From assembly GCA_000934665.2 (NCBI GenBank), contig KZ538379.1, forward strand, positions 1-64,000: DNA of 64,000 nt, read 5' to 3'. Of the stretch, positions 1 to 12,274 are shown one piece after another; the first letter of the stretch is position 1, and each line of letters starts with the position of its first letter. The DNA comes from Catajapyx aquilonaris (taxonomy: Eukaryota). A model generated the notes under the pieces. The model saw nothing but the letters and a program-made list of their open reading frames with translations, was not told the DNA's origin and made no database searches. The position numbers were made by a program, and so were the translations under genes.

Positions 1-501
1 CCTCCCCAAGTCTTATCATTTGAAGCTCTTCACACTAGACTTATTCAAGCATGAAGACCTATCTCTTGAACAATGAAGTCAGAACGTTCCAAGTTCAAAA
101 TCTAGTTGTTTTTTTTTTGTTAGAACCACCCCCAAAATTTCAAAAGGGAAGGGGGGGTTCTGCTTAATAGTTTTAAAACTTGCACGTGGCGGCAGGTTAT
201 ATATAAAGTCTGAAATTGTAGGAAAGATTGGGAGAACGGGGGGTTTACGAGCTGGAATTAAATTGTGTGTGAGAGAGAGTAGTTGGAAGCGATAATCACG
301 CGAGAATAATGCAAGGACCCGACCTTGCACGAATTGTTTGCTCTAAGATAGTCGCGTGATCCGACCTTACTGTTGAACCATGCCTAGTCCGGTGTTATAT
401 ACATTTGTGCACTAGAAATTAATTTTTGAATGCAAAATTTGTACATAAATCCGGGGTGAGTCATCAACTATATTAGTCATCTGTGTGACGGTCATGGTAC
501 T

Positions 502-640
502 CCTTATACTACCTTATACTCTTATACTTTACTACTTTTTTATCTTATACCTTATACTTATACCGTATACTTATACCTTATACCTTATACTTTTACCTTA
601 TACTACCTTACACTACCTTATACTCCTTACTCCTTATACA
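502..640. repeat. Degenerate (CCTTATA/CTTATA)n tandem repeat
   Basis: Repeated ccttata/cttatac units. Confidence 0.8.
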
Positions 641-909
641 TGGACAGTTGCCCTTTAAAACTGAATCTGGTTGTATAATACACCATTTCTCCGCACCTGA
701 TATGGCCGATAATGGCTCAAAGTAACTTTGAAAAGTAGCTGTTAACATTGACTTCGAAAGGCAACTAATAGTAACTGCTGCAATTGACTGCTTACGAACG
801 AAATGCTAACGAAGTGTTAACGGAACATAGTTAACTTCGAAAAGTAAAGAATAACAGAATAACTACTAAAATTAACTGTGAAAAATCACGGCTAAAAGTA
901 ACTGAAAAG

Positions 910-1336
910 ACCGAAGCAGTAGTGGCGGAGTGGATATGGTATCCGACTGCTAATCGGGAGGTCCTGGGTTCGAGTCCTGAAGGCCGGCGGTCCTGACCTT
1001 TGTTTTCTGTGGTTTTCCAATATCGCCCCAGAGAAATCCCGGGATCGTACCGTAAAATAGGCCACAGCCGCTTTCTTCCTTTCCTATCCTTGTCCTGTCC
1101 TTGAGGAGGTGCGGTGTCTGTGGGGGATTTCAGACCCACACGTAGCCCGTCTTGCAACCTGACCCCCTGGGGGACTTCACACGACCCCCCCCCCACNCCC
1201 CCTCACAAATCCCTATCCTGACCCCTGCACCGGAGAGTAGAAAAAATATGAAGAAAAATTTCGTAAGAAAAAATGGTGGTAACCCACCCCCCTAAAAGGG
1301 CTCTGTTCCCTCTAATGGGGTAAAGCTAAAAAAAAA
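910..1336 (+). mobile_element. tRNA-derived SINE, apparently full length
   Basis: The tRNA-like head has an A-box (TGGCGGAGTGG), an anticodon-arm-like GACTGCTAATC and a B-box (GGTTCGAGTCC). The body reads GTTTTCTGTGGTTTTCC...TAGGCCACAGCCGCTTTCTTCC and ends in an A tail at 1328-1336. AAAAGTAACTGAAAAG flanks both sides (894-909, 1333-1348) as a candidate target-site duplication (TSD). A second copy is at 24536. Confidence 0.85.
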
Positions 1337-2112
1337 GTAACTGAAAAGTAACTAAAAATTGACTTCGAGAAGTGAATAGTTACTACTAGACAATTAACTA
1401 TGGAAAATAACGACTAAAAGTAACTGTGAAAAGTAGCTGTATAATTTATGCGAAAAGCAACTAATAGTAACTGCTGCAATTAACTGTGAAAAATCACGGC
1501 TAAAAGTCACTGTGAAAAGTAGATGTAAAATTGATGCGAAAAGCAACTAATAGTAACTGCTGCAATTAACTGTGAAAAATCACGGCTAAAAGTAACTGCG
1601 AAAAGTAACGGCTAAAAGAAAATTGTGAAAAGAAACAGCTGAAAGTAACTGTAGAAATCGGCTTCGAAAAGTAAAGCGTAACCTCTAAAATTAACTATGG
1701 AAAGTAACGGTTATAAGTAACTAAACATTTGTAGGTACATAGCAAAATATGTGCACAAAATTAATTTTTGAAAGCAAAATATTTCACATTATCCGGAGCG
1801 AGTCATCAGCTAGTGCGCCATCTATGTGACGTCCCCCTTTAAAACTGAATCCGGTTATAATAATAATAAACCCGGAATTTCTCCGGACCGGCTGATATGG
1901 CCGATTGAGTGCAAGCTATAAAATAGCCATAAAAAAGTGGTGCGCCTATGAAATATTAGACTTTCGTTTCCACAAATCACACTTTCTTCTACTCCACACC
2001 ACCTTCCTAGGGGGCGTTTTCCTCTCCCGGATTTGATTTTCCAATTAATCCGGGAGAATAAAATATGATTCTGTCGGCGGTGTCATTTTACGCCTGGCTT
2101 TTTCCCTTCCTC

Positions 2113-2127
2113 CTCTCTCTCTCTCTC

Positions 2128-2168
<41 letters not shown>
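2113..2168. repeat. (CT)n microsatellite
   Basis: Direct reading; one GAATT interruption. Confidence 0.95.
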
Positions 2169-2170
<2 letters not shown>

Positions 2171-4419
2171 AAGCAGCCTCCGGGCCACGCCGCCACGAGA
2201 CTCAACAGTTAGAAAGCCTTGTCCTATTGATCATTCCGAGTGTAAATTATTACGCAAGGGTTGGATAACAAAGTAGGGGATTAAGTGGTATTACAACATT
2301 AAGCTTCAAAGTAAGAGAGAGAAGGCTCGGAGAAGTGTGATTCGAATTCTGGAGGACTAGGATGCGTTTTGTCAACTAGATTGTTTGGGAAGAGACAGAG
2401 ATGAAGGATTGGAATTCAATTGAATTTTCAAGGTTTTAAGGATCAAAAGACTGGTTATAAGATGAGGGGGAGAGAGAAATTGAAGCTTTTACTTACTCTT
2501 TACCACCATTGTGAGAGCAATAGTAACAAACAAACACCTGCCTGTTTACTTCATGAAATAATTGTCGTCACATTGTCACCAGACAGGCCCGTTAAATTTC
2601 GGATGTTTTTTTTCCGTCGCGCCGTGTCCGTCCTTGCGAAATTTGATCCCTCGGACCGTGGAACCCTGGTGCTGCCCCCCTCCTCCCCTGTGCTGATGTT
2701 AATTATCGAAACACAACCTGTTTCAGGCTGTGGGGAAACTGTAATTGCGAATTCGGTTCACGACCTGCATCAATAACGCCTGATCTGACGGTTGTAGTGA
2801 ACTTTGTGCCAATGCCAAATCAGGCGCGGGGAGGGCTGGATCCAACCAATCATTATACACGGTCACCAAATCGAGGCCTCTATTATTTTCTAGTGGGGCA
2901 AGGGTGGGGGTATGGGGGGGGGGGAGTATTGATATTACTATTAATCTGCTTCATTTATGCCCCAGAGCTGTTCATATCCCAGCTGCACGTGGAAAGAATT
3001 AGAAGTAGTCAGACTTTCAGTTATATTCGGCAATAATAGCTTTTCGTTATTACATTATAGCAGTTTTGACTAACTGTGAAAAGTAACTGCTCTAAGAAAC
3101 TGCTAAGGATTACTGCAAAAATGTTACTAAATGTAGGCTAGGACCCCATTCAGGAAATGCCTAAATTAAGGATAGATATATAAACGTTAATTAATTAACG
3201 GTTAAAACTGAATATAAAATACGCATTTACCATTGATAATAATATACGTATATACAAAAAATTAAATAATTACATACTGCTAAATTAACTCTGAAAATAA
3301 CGGATAAAAGTAATTGTAAAAAGTCGCTGTAAAATTGACAGAGAAAAGTGACTAAATAGTAACTGCTAAAATTAACTGGAAAATAACGGATAAAAGTAAC
3401 TGAAAAATAGCTGTGAAAATTGATTGTGATAACTAATAGTAACTGCTAAATTAACGGAAAATCGCGGCTGAAAGTATCTGTGAAAAGTAAATGTCAAAAA
3501 TTGTCTCCAAAAAGTAACTAGTAACTGTGAAAAAATCAGTTAAAAGTAACTGTGAAAATATCTGCTAAAAGCAACTGTGAAAAAATCTGTTAAAAGTAAC
3601 TGTGAAAAGTAGCTGTAAAATTGAATGTGAAAAGTAAACCAGCGCTGAAATTAATTGCAAAATAATGGCTAAAAGTAAGTGTGAAGAGTAGCTGCGAAAA
3701 GCTGCTTAAAATGAACAGTTCGGGGCCGAAAATCGCTTACTTTAGAAATAGGTTGTTTTCCGATGGACTTGGTGCCTTTTGATTCCGTCTTTTATTGGCT
3801 GCAGAGGCGGCCTCGTGGCGCTGCCATCGCCATTAGACAATCTTTTCTCTCCAGGACCATTATCTAAATTTCACGGCCATCTCCTGCTGATTGGCTCTCG
3901 GGGATGGAGATTCGAGAAAGTGCAGGCGGGGAATCCCCGTTTCGAAAATAAAATGTGCAATTGAGTCATTACGATGCACTCCGAACGTGCGTTATGTCTT
4001 TTGTTCCTCACTTACCTCTCCCCCCCCCCNTCAGCTTTGGCTCCATCAGTAACTGTCCTTATCCCAACCTTAACCCTAAAACGCTGCTTACACAATAAAC
4101 TCCCCCCCACCCCTACACTTACACCCGAGGTAATAGAGGGACCGCATTTAGAACACAGTTATTAAAAGTAATTACCACCAGGGCGAGTGGGATTACTCCT
4201 CCCCTTTACCCCTCCCTTGGAAAGTGTCTGCAATAATTCTACAGGTACCAGGCCCCTTAATCGCGCTCAAGGGATTTAACATCTAGCTATTTATTTGCCG
4301 CTTTAAAAATAAATGTCGCTATTACTATAAAAGGCGAAGTTGGTTGTGTTGTTTGTCCAGCTGGGGTTTCCATGACAGCCAATTTTCTTTGGAGGATGGA
4401 TGGGACTGACCAGAACACA

Positions 4420-4480
4420 TCTTTATTATTATAAAATCCAAAGTGTGTTCGTTTGTTTGTACAGATTGGTTTTCATGGCA
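4420..4480 (+). mobile_element. Helitron-like 5' end fragment
   Basis: A|TCTTTATTATTATAAAATCCAAAGTGTGTTCGTTTGTTTGT resembles arthropod non-autonomous Helitron 5' ends (TC start, TATAAA, GTTT repeats). A related sequence lies at 35140-35194 (TCATATATTATAAAAGGCAGAGTTTGTTTGTTTGTCCAGGTTTGGTTCCCATGGC). Confidence 0.45.
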
Positions 4481-6109
4481 AAGTGGAGCCCGGATTTTCT
4501 CCCTGGCGACACGTTGCGACTGAGCGCGATCCTCTGCGGCTTTCAGGCGTCCAGACACGCTACGACACGTTGAGAAATAGCGTTTTCGCAGCGACCCAAG
4601 TTGTCCCTGCAGCTGGTGCCCTGCCTCTTCCCACTTTTTAACCCTCGTGGGTATAAATGGTCCTGCGGGAATTGAGGCTTAAGTTTCCAGCTCTACCCCC
4701 TCCACCAACCCAAAATCCCAGCTTTGACACCAGTGTGTTGTGGGTTATTTCTCCAGCCCCACACCAGCCTCCCCCATAATGCATTATTAGTCCTGGGGGC
4801 GGCCATGACAGGTCGTGCTTCATCGCTGCTGCCATCTATGGGATATTGACCGCGGTTTTAAGGCCGGTTATTAATGACGTTTGGATTTAGCAAAGGCTGA
4901 CACTGGAGGCAAATTCTGGATTATAATTAAGAGACGGGGGGAGGGGGGGGGGTTTGATTAGCGCAACTATAAAGGGAAGTTTGAGCTAGAATCATTCTCC
5001 CAGCTGCTCTCTCCTCGTAATTGATCTATTCAAGACTTCAAGGGGGGGATAGGAAACGGTGTTCGTAGGATTCGGTATACGGAAGCCAAGTGTGATGGGG
5101 GCCGCTTCGATTTTCCATTCATTACCTCTGGGGCATTTACGCCTATGAAGTGGCAGGTAGCTAATTAAAACTACAAATAGCGTCAATTTCCAAAGTGTAT
5201 GTAGCTGGAAATTAGGCGGAGTTTGTAGTACCATACCTCTCGCATATATGGCGCCACTCTCTCAGGGGGTACTACAGACACGGTTATGTTAATAACTAAA
5301 GCCATCTCGTCCTATCTGGTCCTGGGCAGCCGTAGAATCAGGAATGAAATATTAGCTGATAACATGTCCATTACCGGCTATACAGGACGGATGTGACGTA
5401 ACACTCAAATTGGACGCATATATTACATACGCCCTGTTTAATTTGTCAGAAAAGAATTATAGGTGGGAGCGATGTTATAAAAATGCTAATTGATCGATAC
5501 TTTTTTCACTATACTATATCCCCCCACTAGCTATAGCATCGGTCGGCGCGCACACAAAAAGAGTAAAGGTGAAAAATGCAGACTTTTAATTGGGTGCACA
5601 CGTGCACTGATCCCTTTTAATCAATCAAAAAGCGGGTTAATCGGCCCCTGCATATTGGGACAGCATGCAGCCCTGGAAGTTAATGCCTTGGAAAAAAAAA
5701 AAAACATGATGTTGCATTGCGATGGACGATACAATGCAATCTTTGATAGCGATTATAGAACGCCATCAAAAAAGTAGGAATCAGGTTGCCATTGAAACCA
5801 GATTGTCACGGCAACAGATTGCCTTGGCAACCAAACCTGGACAAACAAACAAAAATTTGCCTTTTATCAAATTTATTATTTTCATCCAATATTTTCATTA
5901 TATTTCATCATATTAGTTATATTATTTTAATAGGTAACTGTCTATTATATTGGTATTCTAAGAGTGATGTTATTTAGAGTTATAATAATAGTTACCGCAT
6001 ATAATTTTATTAATATGAGAGACATTATTTACTTTATATATTATTGATTCTGAGAGGTACATTATTTATTCTGATGGCTATATTATTTTATAGTGAGAGA
6101 TACATTTTC

Positions 6110-6330
6110 TAATAGCTATATTATATTATTATTAATAGTTACAATTTAATAGCTATATTATTTCTTAACAGTTAGCATTTAATAGCTATATTATTTCTTA
6201 ACAGTTAGCATTTAATAGCTATATTATTTCTTAACAGTTAGCATTTAATAGCTATATTATTTCTTAACAGTTACCATTTAATAGCTATATTATTTCTTAA
6301 CAGTTACCATTTAATAGCTATATTATTTAT
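6110..6330. repeat. 33-bp minisatellite
   Basis: Unit AATAGCTATATTATTTCTTAACAGTTAGCATTT, about 5-6 copies. Confidence 0.9.
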
Positions 6331-6402
6331 TAATATATTATTTAATAATTAGGGCATATTATTTTAAATTATATACAGTATTTTTATTTTAATATTAAAA
6401 TA

Positions 6403-6590
6403 CGGGGTGTCCCAAGTTCAAGTGTCGTTTTAACGGTTATGAATAGCGGTGATTTTTAGCCATTCATGTAGCAGCTGCGTCTGAACAGTATGTAATATAC
6501 AGGGTGTCTAAACTTTTTTTGTCCGAACAATTATCGGAAATATTGCACTAAGCTGCTTATTTTTTTAGCAGTGACTTGGAACCTGGGACG
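6403..6590 (+). mobile_element. Two adjacent single-arm fragments of CAGGGTG-type MITEs
   Basis: 6403-6480 matches the arm of the 26576 element (CCAAGTTCAAGTGTCGTTT). 6500-6590 matches the arm of family A (TTTTTTGTCCGAACAATTATCGGAAATATTGCACTAAGC). Confidence 0.7.
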
Positions 6591-7461
6591 TCCTGTATAA
6601 AAAATTGTCATTATAACATTCTCAATTTGTTACAAATTGGCTTGTTATAAATTCATGAAGCCAGAAGCCTATTACAGTACTTCCTCCCAAGGCTTCTCCG
6701 CTTTTGTTTGGCCAGCCTGCCACATCACTATTAGCGCGATAACAGCTTACAACAACAGGTTCGCATTAAGACGGACAATTTTGGCTATTCTAGTCGCATA
6801 TCCTCAATTTCCCCCCAAGTTAATGCATGCCGGTCACAATAAGGCGAACTTGACGGCACGTGTACCTTTCCCCCGGAAGGAGCCCTGCAATTGGTCCTAA
6901 ACCAGAAGAGGAGGGAGGGGGGGGGGACCTAAAAGTGGACAAGTACTGTGTCTCCTAATTGCTTTTCACGCTCCATTGTCCATCAGGCGGTGGTACCATT
7001 CTCTTGAATTAGTCAAGATCAAGAGACTGGTCTCTCCTCCAGGTCACTTCCAGACTAGGGGTTAACTGAACCGCGGTCACTCACGTCCTGCTTGTAGACA
7101 CTGGACAGCGTCTAGGTAAAAAAAAAAAAAGGTTTGGCAAGACGCGGTAGGGCATTTCCATCAGGAATTGAGGGGGTTGGGTGGGGGTAGGGGACCATCG
7201 GAATGGATGAAAGAGCAACTATGTGCATGGGTGTGGAAGATGTTGAGTCGGCAAGATGCCTGTCACGTCCTGAGTCAATTGGGGGTACCAGGGAGAGGGG
7301 GGGGGGAAGGATTTTTTTTAAGGGGGGGAAAGGTTCCTCTGACTTTCATGGGTTGGAGCTGCCTGGAGACTGGTTTATTTTGAGGATGCAATTGGACCAT
7401 GTACATTGTCAAGGATGTGGGTGACAAATTGAAGTGTGAATCATGTGTAGAATTATTGGCT

Positions 7462-7592
7462 CGAGTCTGTGTCTTTGTTTGTCCGGAGTGAGTCAGCTCA
7501 GCTAGATGCATGTAGTACTACCACTCCTATTCTCACGACCCTGAGAGTTGCAGTAGGATGTTCCATCTATGCGAGGAATATATGGTACTGCT
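7462..7592 (+). repeat. Representative copy of a high-copy dispersed repeat (TGTTTGTCC.GGGTGAGTCATC...CACGACCCTGAGAGT...GCCATCTATG.GAGG..ATGGTAC)
   Basis: Fragments were seen at about 451, 1792, 5225, 7462, 11428, 11862, 17041, 17177, 21459, 33860, 34030, 34215, 37748, 54940, 57507, 57667 and 63425, in both orientations. Confidence 0.8.
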
Positions 7593-8629
7593 TGACAGTC
7601 AAGGAATGGATTCATTTGTTTATGAATTAATGAGAATAATTAATTCGTTTGCTGTTACTTTCTCTTAAGAAATAGTTTTATTAGCTTCTTTTATTTATAA
7701 TTTTTATATTTGTTTTTCGTTTATGTACTCGTTATTTTGACGAGTAATAATCTGAATAATTGACGAGTCCTCTCATCAAACTGTGGTTGTCAAATATCAG
7801 TGTCACATGTATGTTGCATCGTGCTGTCGACGGAAACACGTGGCGAAAATGACGTGTGTTGTGTATGAGTGTGTGTTTTTCCCCGGGTCGTTCAATTTTT
7901 GAAAATGTGTGGCCTGTAGGTGGTGGTGGGGGAGGTCGATAGTTGGCACCAGTCACCTGCACGCAACCCGACCCGAGGTATTACTTTGTGAGATTGGCGT
8001 AATTGCGCGGTGAAGCGATTTATGACCTGGTGGGGACAGTTCCGTGTCCTGAGCCTATTGTCTGGTCAAATGTGTCGCGTCGAACTGGGCTTGCCAACAG
8101 GGCACTCATCACACGCATGCGCTGCTGTCACTGCGGATAAAAAAAGCGGTTATGTTTTACTAGCAGCGATTGTTTCTACCGCTATTTACAAAGTAGCAGT
8201 TATTAGCAGCAACTCTCATTTCATGAAAACTGCAGAAAAGCCAGTTACAGGAACATAAAGTTATGTTACTTTAACTAGTTTTGCTCTTTTTAACTAGTTC
8301 TAGTTAAAAACAGCGAAACTAGTTAAAACAACAGCTGAACCAGCTAAAAGAACATATCTGGTTTAAACCAGAATAACAAGTTAAAACAGAATAACCAATT
8401 AATGTATTGCAACAGGTTAATTTAGAATAACTGGTTGAAATACAGAATAACTACGGTAGTTAAAATGACAGATAAACTACATAAAACCTCAGAATAACTG
8501 GTTAAAGTAACAGAATAGCATATTAAAATAACTAACTAGTTAAATAGATAATAACTAGTTAAATGACAGAATAAGCGAAATTAAAAGAATAGTTGATAAC
8601 AATAATCATAACCAGTCAAATAATAAAAT

Positions 8630-8995
8630 AACCAATTAAAATAAAATAACTAGTTAAATAACAGATTAGCCCATTATAATAAAATAACTAGTTAAATAAC
8701 AGATTATCCTATTAAAATAAAATAACTAGTTAAATAACAGCTTAGCCATTATAATAAAATAACTAGTTTAATAAAAGATCCTATTAAAATAAAATAACGA
8801 GTTAAATAACAGATTATCCTATTAAAATAAAATAACTAGTTAAATAACAGATTATCCTATTAAAATAAAATAACTAGTTAAATAACAGCTTAGCCCATTA
8901 TAATAAAATAACTAGTTTAATAAAAGATCCTATTAAAATAAAATAACTAGTTAAATAACAGATTACCCCATTATAATAAAATAACTAGTTAAACT
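8630..8995. repeat. ~38-bp minisatellite within an AT-rich degenerate array (8260-9170)
   Basis: Unit AAAATAAAATAACTAGTTAAATAACAGATTATCCTATT, about 9 copies with variants. Confidence 0.9.
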
Positions 8996-11900
8996 AGCAG
9001 AACAGCTAGGTAAATTAGAAGGAGAGCTTGTCAAGTTATCAGAATAACTATCGTAGTGAAAATGACACTACCATGTTAAAATCTTGTCTAGTAACAGTGT
9101 AGCTAGTTAAAGTAGACAGCAACTGGCTGGAAAATAACAGAAAATTGCGGGAAAGTATAAATAACTGAGATTTTGGCAACGCTGTACCAAACCGATCCGC
9201 ACGGTGTTGCCAAACTTTACGTCATGCAAACATCTCGAGAAGCATTACCAAACCGGGTGTGCATCTTTTGTGGATCCTCCCATTCCCCCCCTCCTCCTCA
9301 TGACTGACACTGTTTGATTTTCCATCAAACCCTTTTTGGAGGAAACATAATTCTGTGCAAACATGAGAAATGGATACGGATCCTCTCCTTCCCCAGGCAG
9401 GAGCGAAACTCTCCTAAAGTCTTTGTCATGGATACCACCAATCACCGTGAGCCGAATTTTAATACACTTGGCTTGTCCTTTCTTTCTGCCTTCTTTTTTT
9501 CTTTCTTAGACTGGGCGTCAGCTTCAGTAATAGTCTACCTGGGTGTGTAATAAGAGAGGGGTAAGTTCAATAGGCAGGGGGCCACGCCCCATTCCGGAGC
9601 CAGAATAATATGAAAAGCTTTAGGAGGAACCGTGGGGGTAAGGGCAGCTAACTCTTGTAGTTATGACTCATTCGGTACATTATAGTGCACCACTGTGTAA
9701 ATCTCTGTGACTTTTACGATTGCTAAGACGACGGCGATTCCGGGTCATACGCAGTGAGGGAAGGGGGGGGGGGGGAGGTTCTATGTTTGAGCAAATGGTT
9801 ATTATATCGCGGGGTATTTCTCCCGGAGAAATTCTACAGGCGAGGTTACAGGGAGTCGTAAACTCGTCGTNGGGGACCATGGCCCGGGTTTTACTCCGCT
9901 TTCGAAGCCTTAGGCCGCCCTCGCAATTTTTTTTATACAGGTCCCCCGGAATCTTAAATTCGGGGGCTGCCGACACGGATTTGGAGGGGGCCATACCCTA
10001 CCAAGAGAATGGTCTCTGCAGAGGTGGATTGCTTTACGTCCAAGCAACCACACTGAATATTTAGGCCTACGCAATATTCCTGTAATAATTTCATTTGATA
10101 ATTTCTTGTCATTTTATGCAATGTAATTAATGATGCATTTAATGGAGCATAATCAATGATGAATTTAATGCAATATAATTAAGTTTGACTTTATGGAATA
10201 TAATTTGATTCATATTAATTTATTCAATGCGATTTAATGAAATTTATCCACTATTTAATTTATCATGAATTCAACGATTAATTTATCATGAATTTATTCA
10301 ATGCAATTTATTGCGATCATTTCACTGTAAGGATTATAATAATTTACAGTCGTTTCAGAATAATTTTTCTCAATAAATTTGTAACAATAATAAAGAATGA
10401 TTTTATAATAATTTGCACAATATGAATCTTTAATACAGGCGTAATTTATCCCGCTTTTATTGCAATTTAATTTTTGCTGAGATTTCTAATTTTATTACAG
10501 TTTATTTATTTAATTTTTACTGAGATGTATAATTTTATTAGTTATTTAATTTAACTATAACTGCGATTTCTAATTTTACAGTGTATTTAATTTGATTTGT
10601 AAATATATATGTATTTTTATTATTTTTATTTATTATTATATTTATTTAACATGATAAGCAATTATTTAATTTGACTGTTATTTGCTTATTAGGTACCATT
10701 AATATGTTAAAATCCAATTTAATTGTAAAAAAATGTGCCGAAATGTAACAAATTATCATTTTGTGTACATTCAATAATTAATGCTATTGAGCTCGTAATA
10801 TAATTTAAAGACCAATTTATTGTAATGTAAGTGTACATTATATTTAAATTGCCCTATGTGATTACCTCCTGCACTGCCCGTAATATTTGTCCACGCTGAG
10901 CAGATTAAAACGTGTACTAGCACCAGGGTAGAGTGCACCGTACGTCCTTTGGTGCTTCGATTTTATGCCAGTTCACTTACCGACTTTTAAAATATTAATC
11001 TCCTCCCACCTCCCACCTCTTCCCCCCCAAAAGCACAAAAGGTATGACTTGACTTTTGGGGCCAGCCAAAACTTTATTTTTAACCTTCCCCCATTCCTCC
11101 AGCTCTCACACGAAATTTTCCGTATAAGGCCGCAGATGAATCCGGAGTCTCCTGCCTTACTTTAAACCATGGAATCCTTGGATATTTGATCAGCCCAACC
11201 CCAGACGACGCTCAGGTAGCTACATCCCCCCTCTGTTCTGCCTCCCCTAAAAAGTAGAGAGTAAAAAAAAAAAATCCTCCCAGCCCATTAAATAATGATC
11301 AGATCTGGCAGGAAACTGCGGAAAACGGATGTTGCTTATAATTAGGCCTAATTCTCGTTCTATATCTAGTCCTGGATAATGTTCCAGGAATACTGAAATT
11401 TTCAGTGAAAAAATCCCCGGAACCGATCAGCTGATGACTCATCCCGGACTACTGTCACTGTCAGGGTCGTGAGAAGGGTGGTGGTACTTACCGGAAATTA
11501 AACGTATATAGATGGGGGGAAAAAGCGGAGACGTCTCCTTTGTGAAGCTGCGAGATGGGAGAAGAATCTTCTGTATATATAAAAGGAGTGCTCGTTTTCT
11601 CCAGGGTCGACTTCATTACCTTGTCCCTTTTAACCGGCTCATGAATAACAAGTCTGTCCCGGATTTTGGGGGTACACTTTCCCGCCATCATTTATTCCCC
11701 GATTTGTTCTGAGGAGATTGCTAATATTCCTTGAGATGGTGGCGGGGGGGGGGGGGGTCCGGAAAAGGGAAGATGGGCTGCTCTCGAATTTTCCGGTTAT
11801 TTGCAACCGTACGTCACGTTAGAAAGCACAGGGTGTCACATCAATCAACATTTTTGTGATGAGTTTGTCCAGGGTGAGTCACCACGCCATCTATGTGAGG

Positions 11901-12226
11901 GATATGGTACGACATGAACAGTCTAGAGGGGGCATTTGAGGATTTAAACAACGAGCTTAACACTGTTGAAATTATGCACACAAAAATACCGGCGTTTTTG
12001 AAGAGATGATCCCAGCTCTAGAACCTGTCTACACACGCTGACAGCTTCAGTTCTGCAGTACAGTACATGCCAGTTTCCCAGTGCAATGTGTGCACAGCCT
12101 TTTATTCATATGAAAAAATAATATATCCACTGCATGACTTTCCAACCCTTAGAAATTTCAAGGGATTATGCTGTTGAAACGCGATTCCTATAGTTCAGAC
12201 TTTGAAGTTTTGGAAGCTGCGTGCTA

Positions 12227-12274
<48 letters not shown>

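Noticed and set aside
910..985. Functional tRNA-Ser(GCT) gene (also at 24536)
   Set aside because: It lacks the long variable arm of tRNA-Ser and a clear acceptor stem, and it continues into a body shared by both copies. It is better explained as a SINE head.
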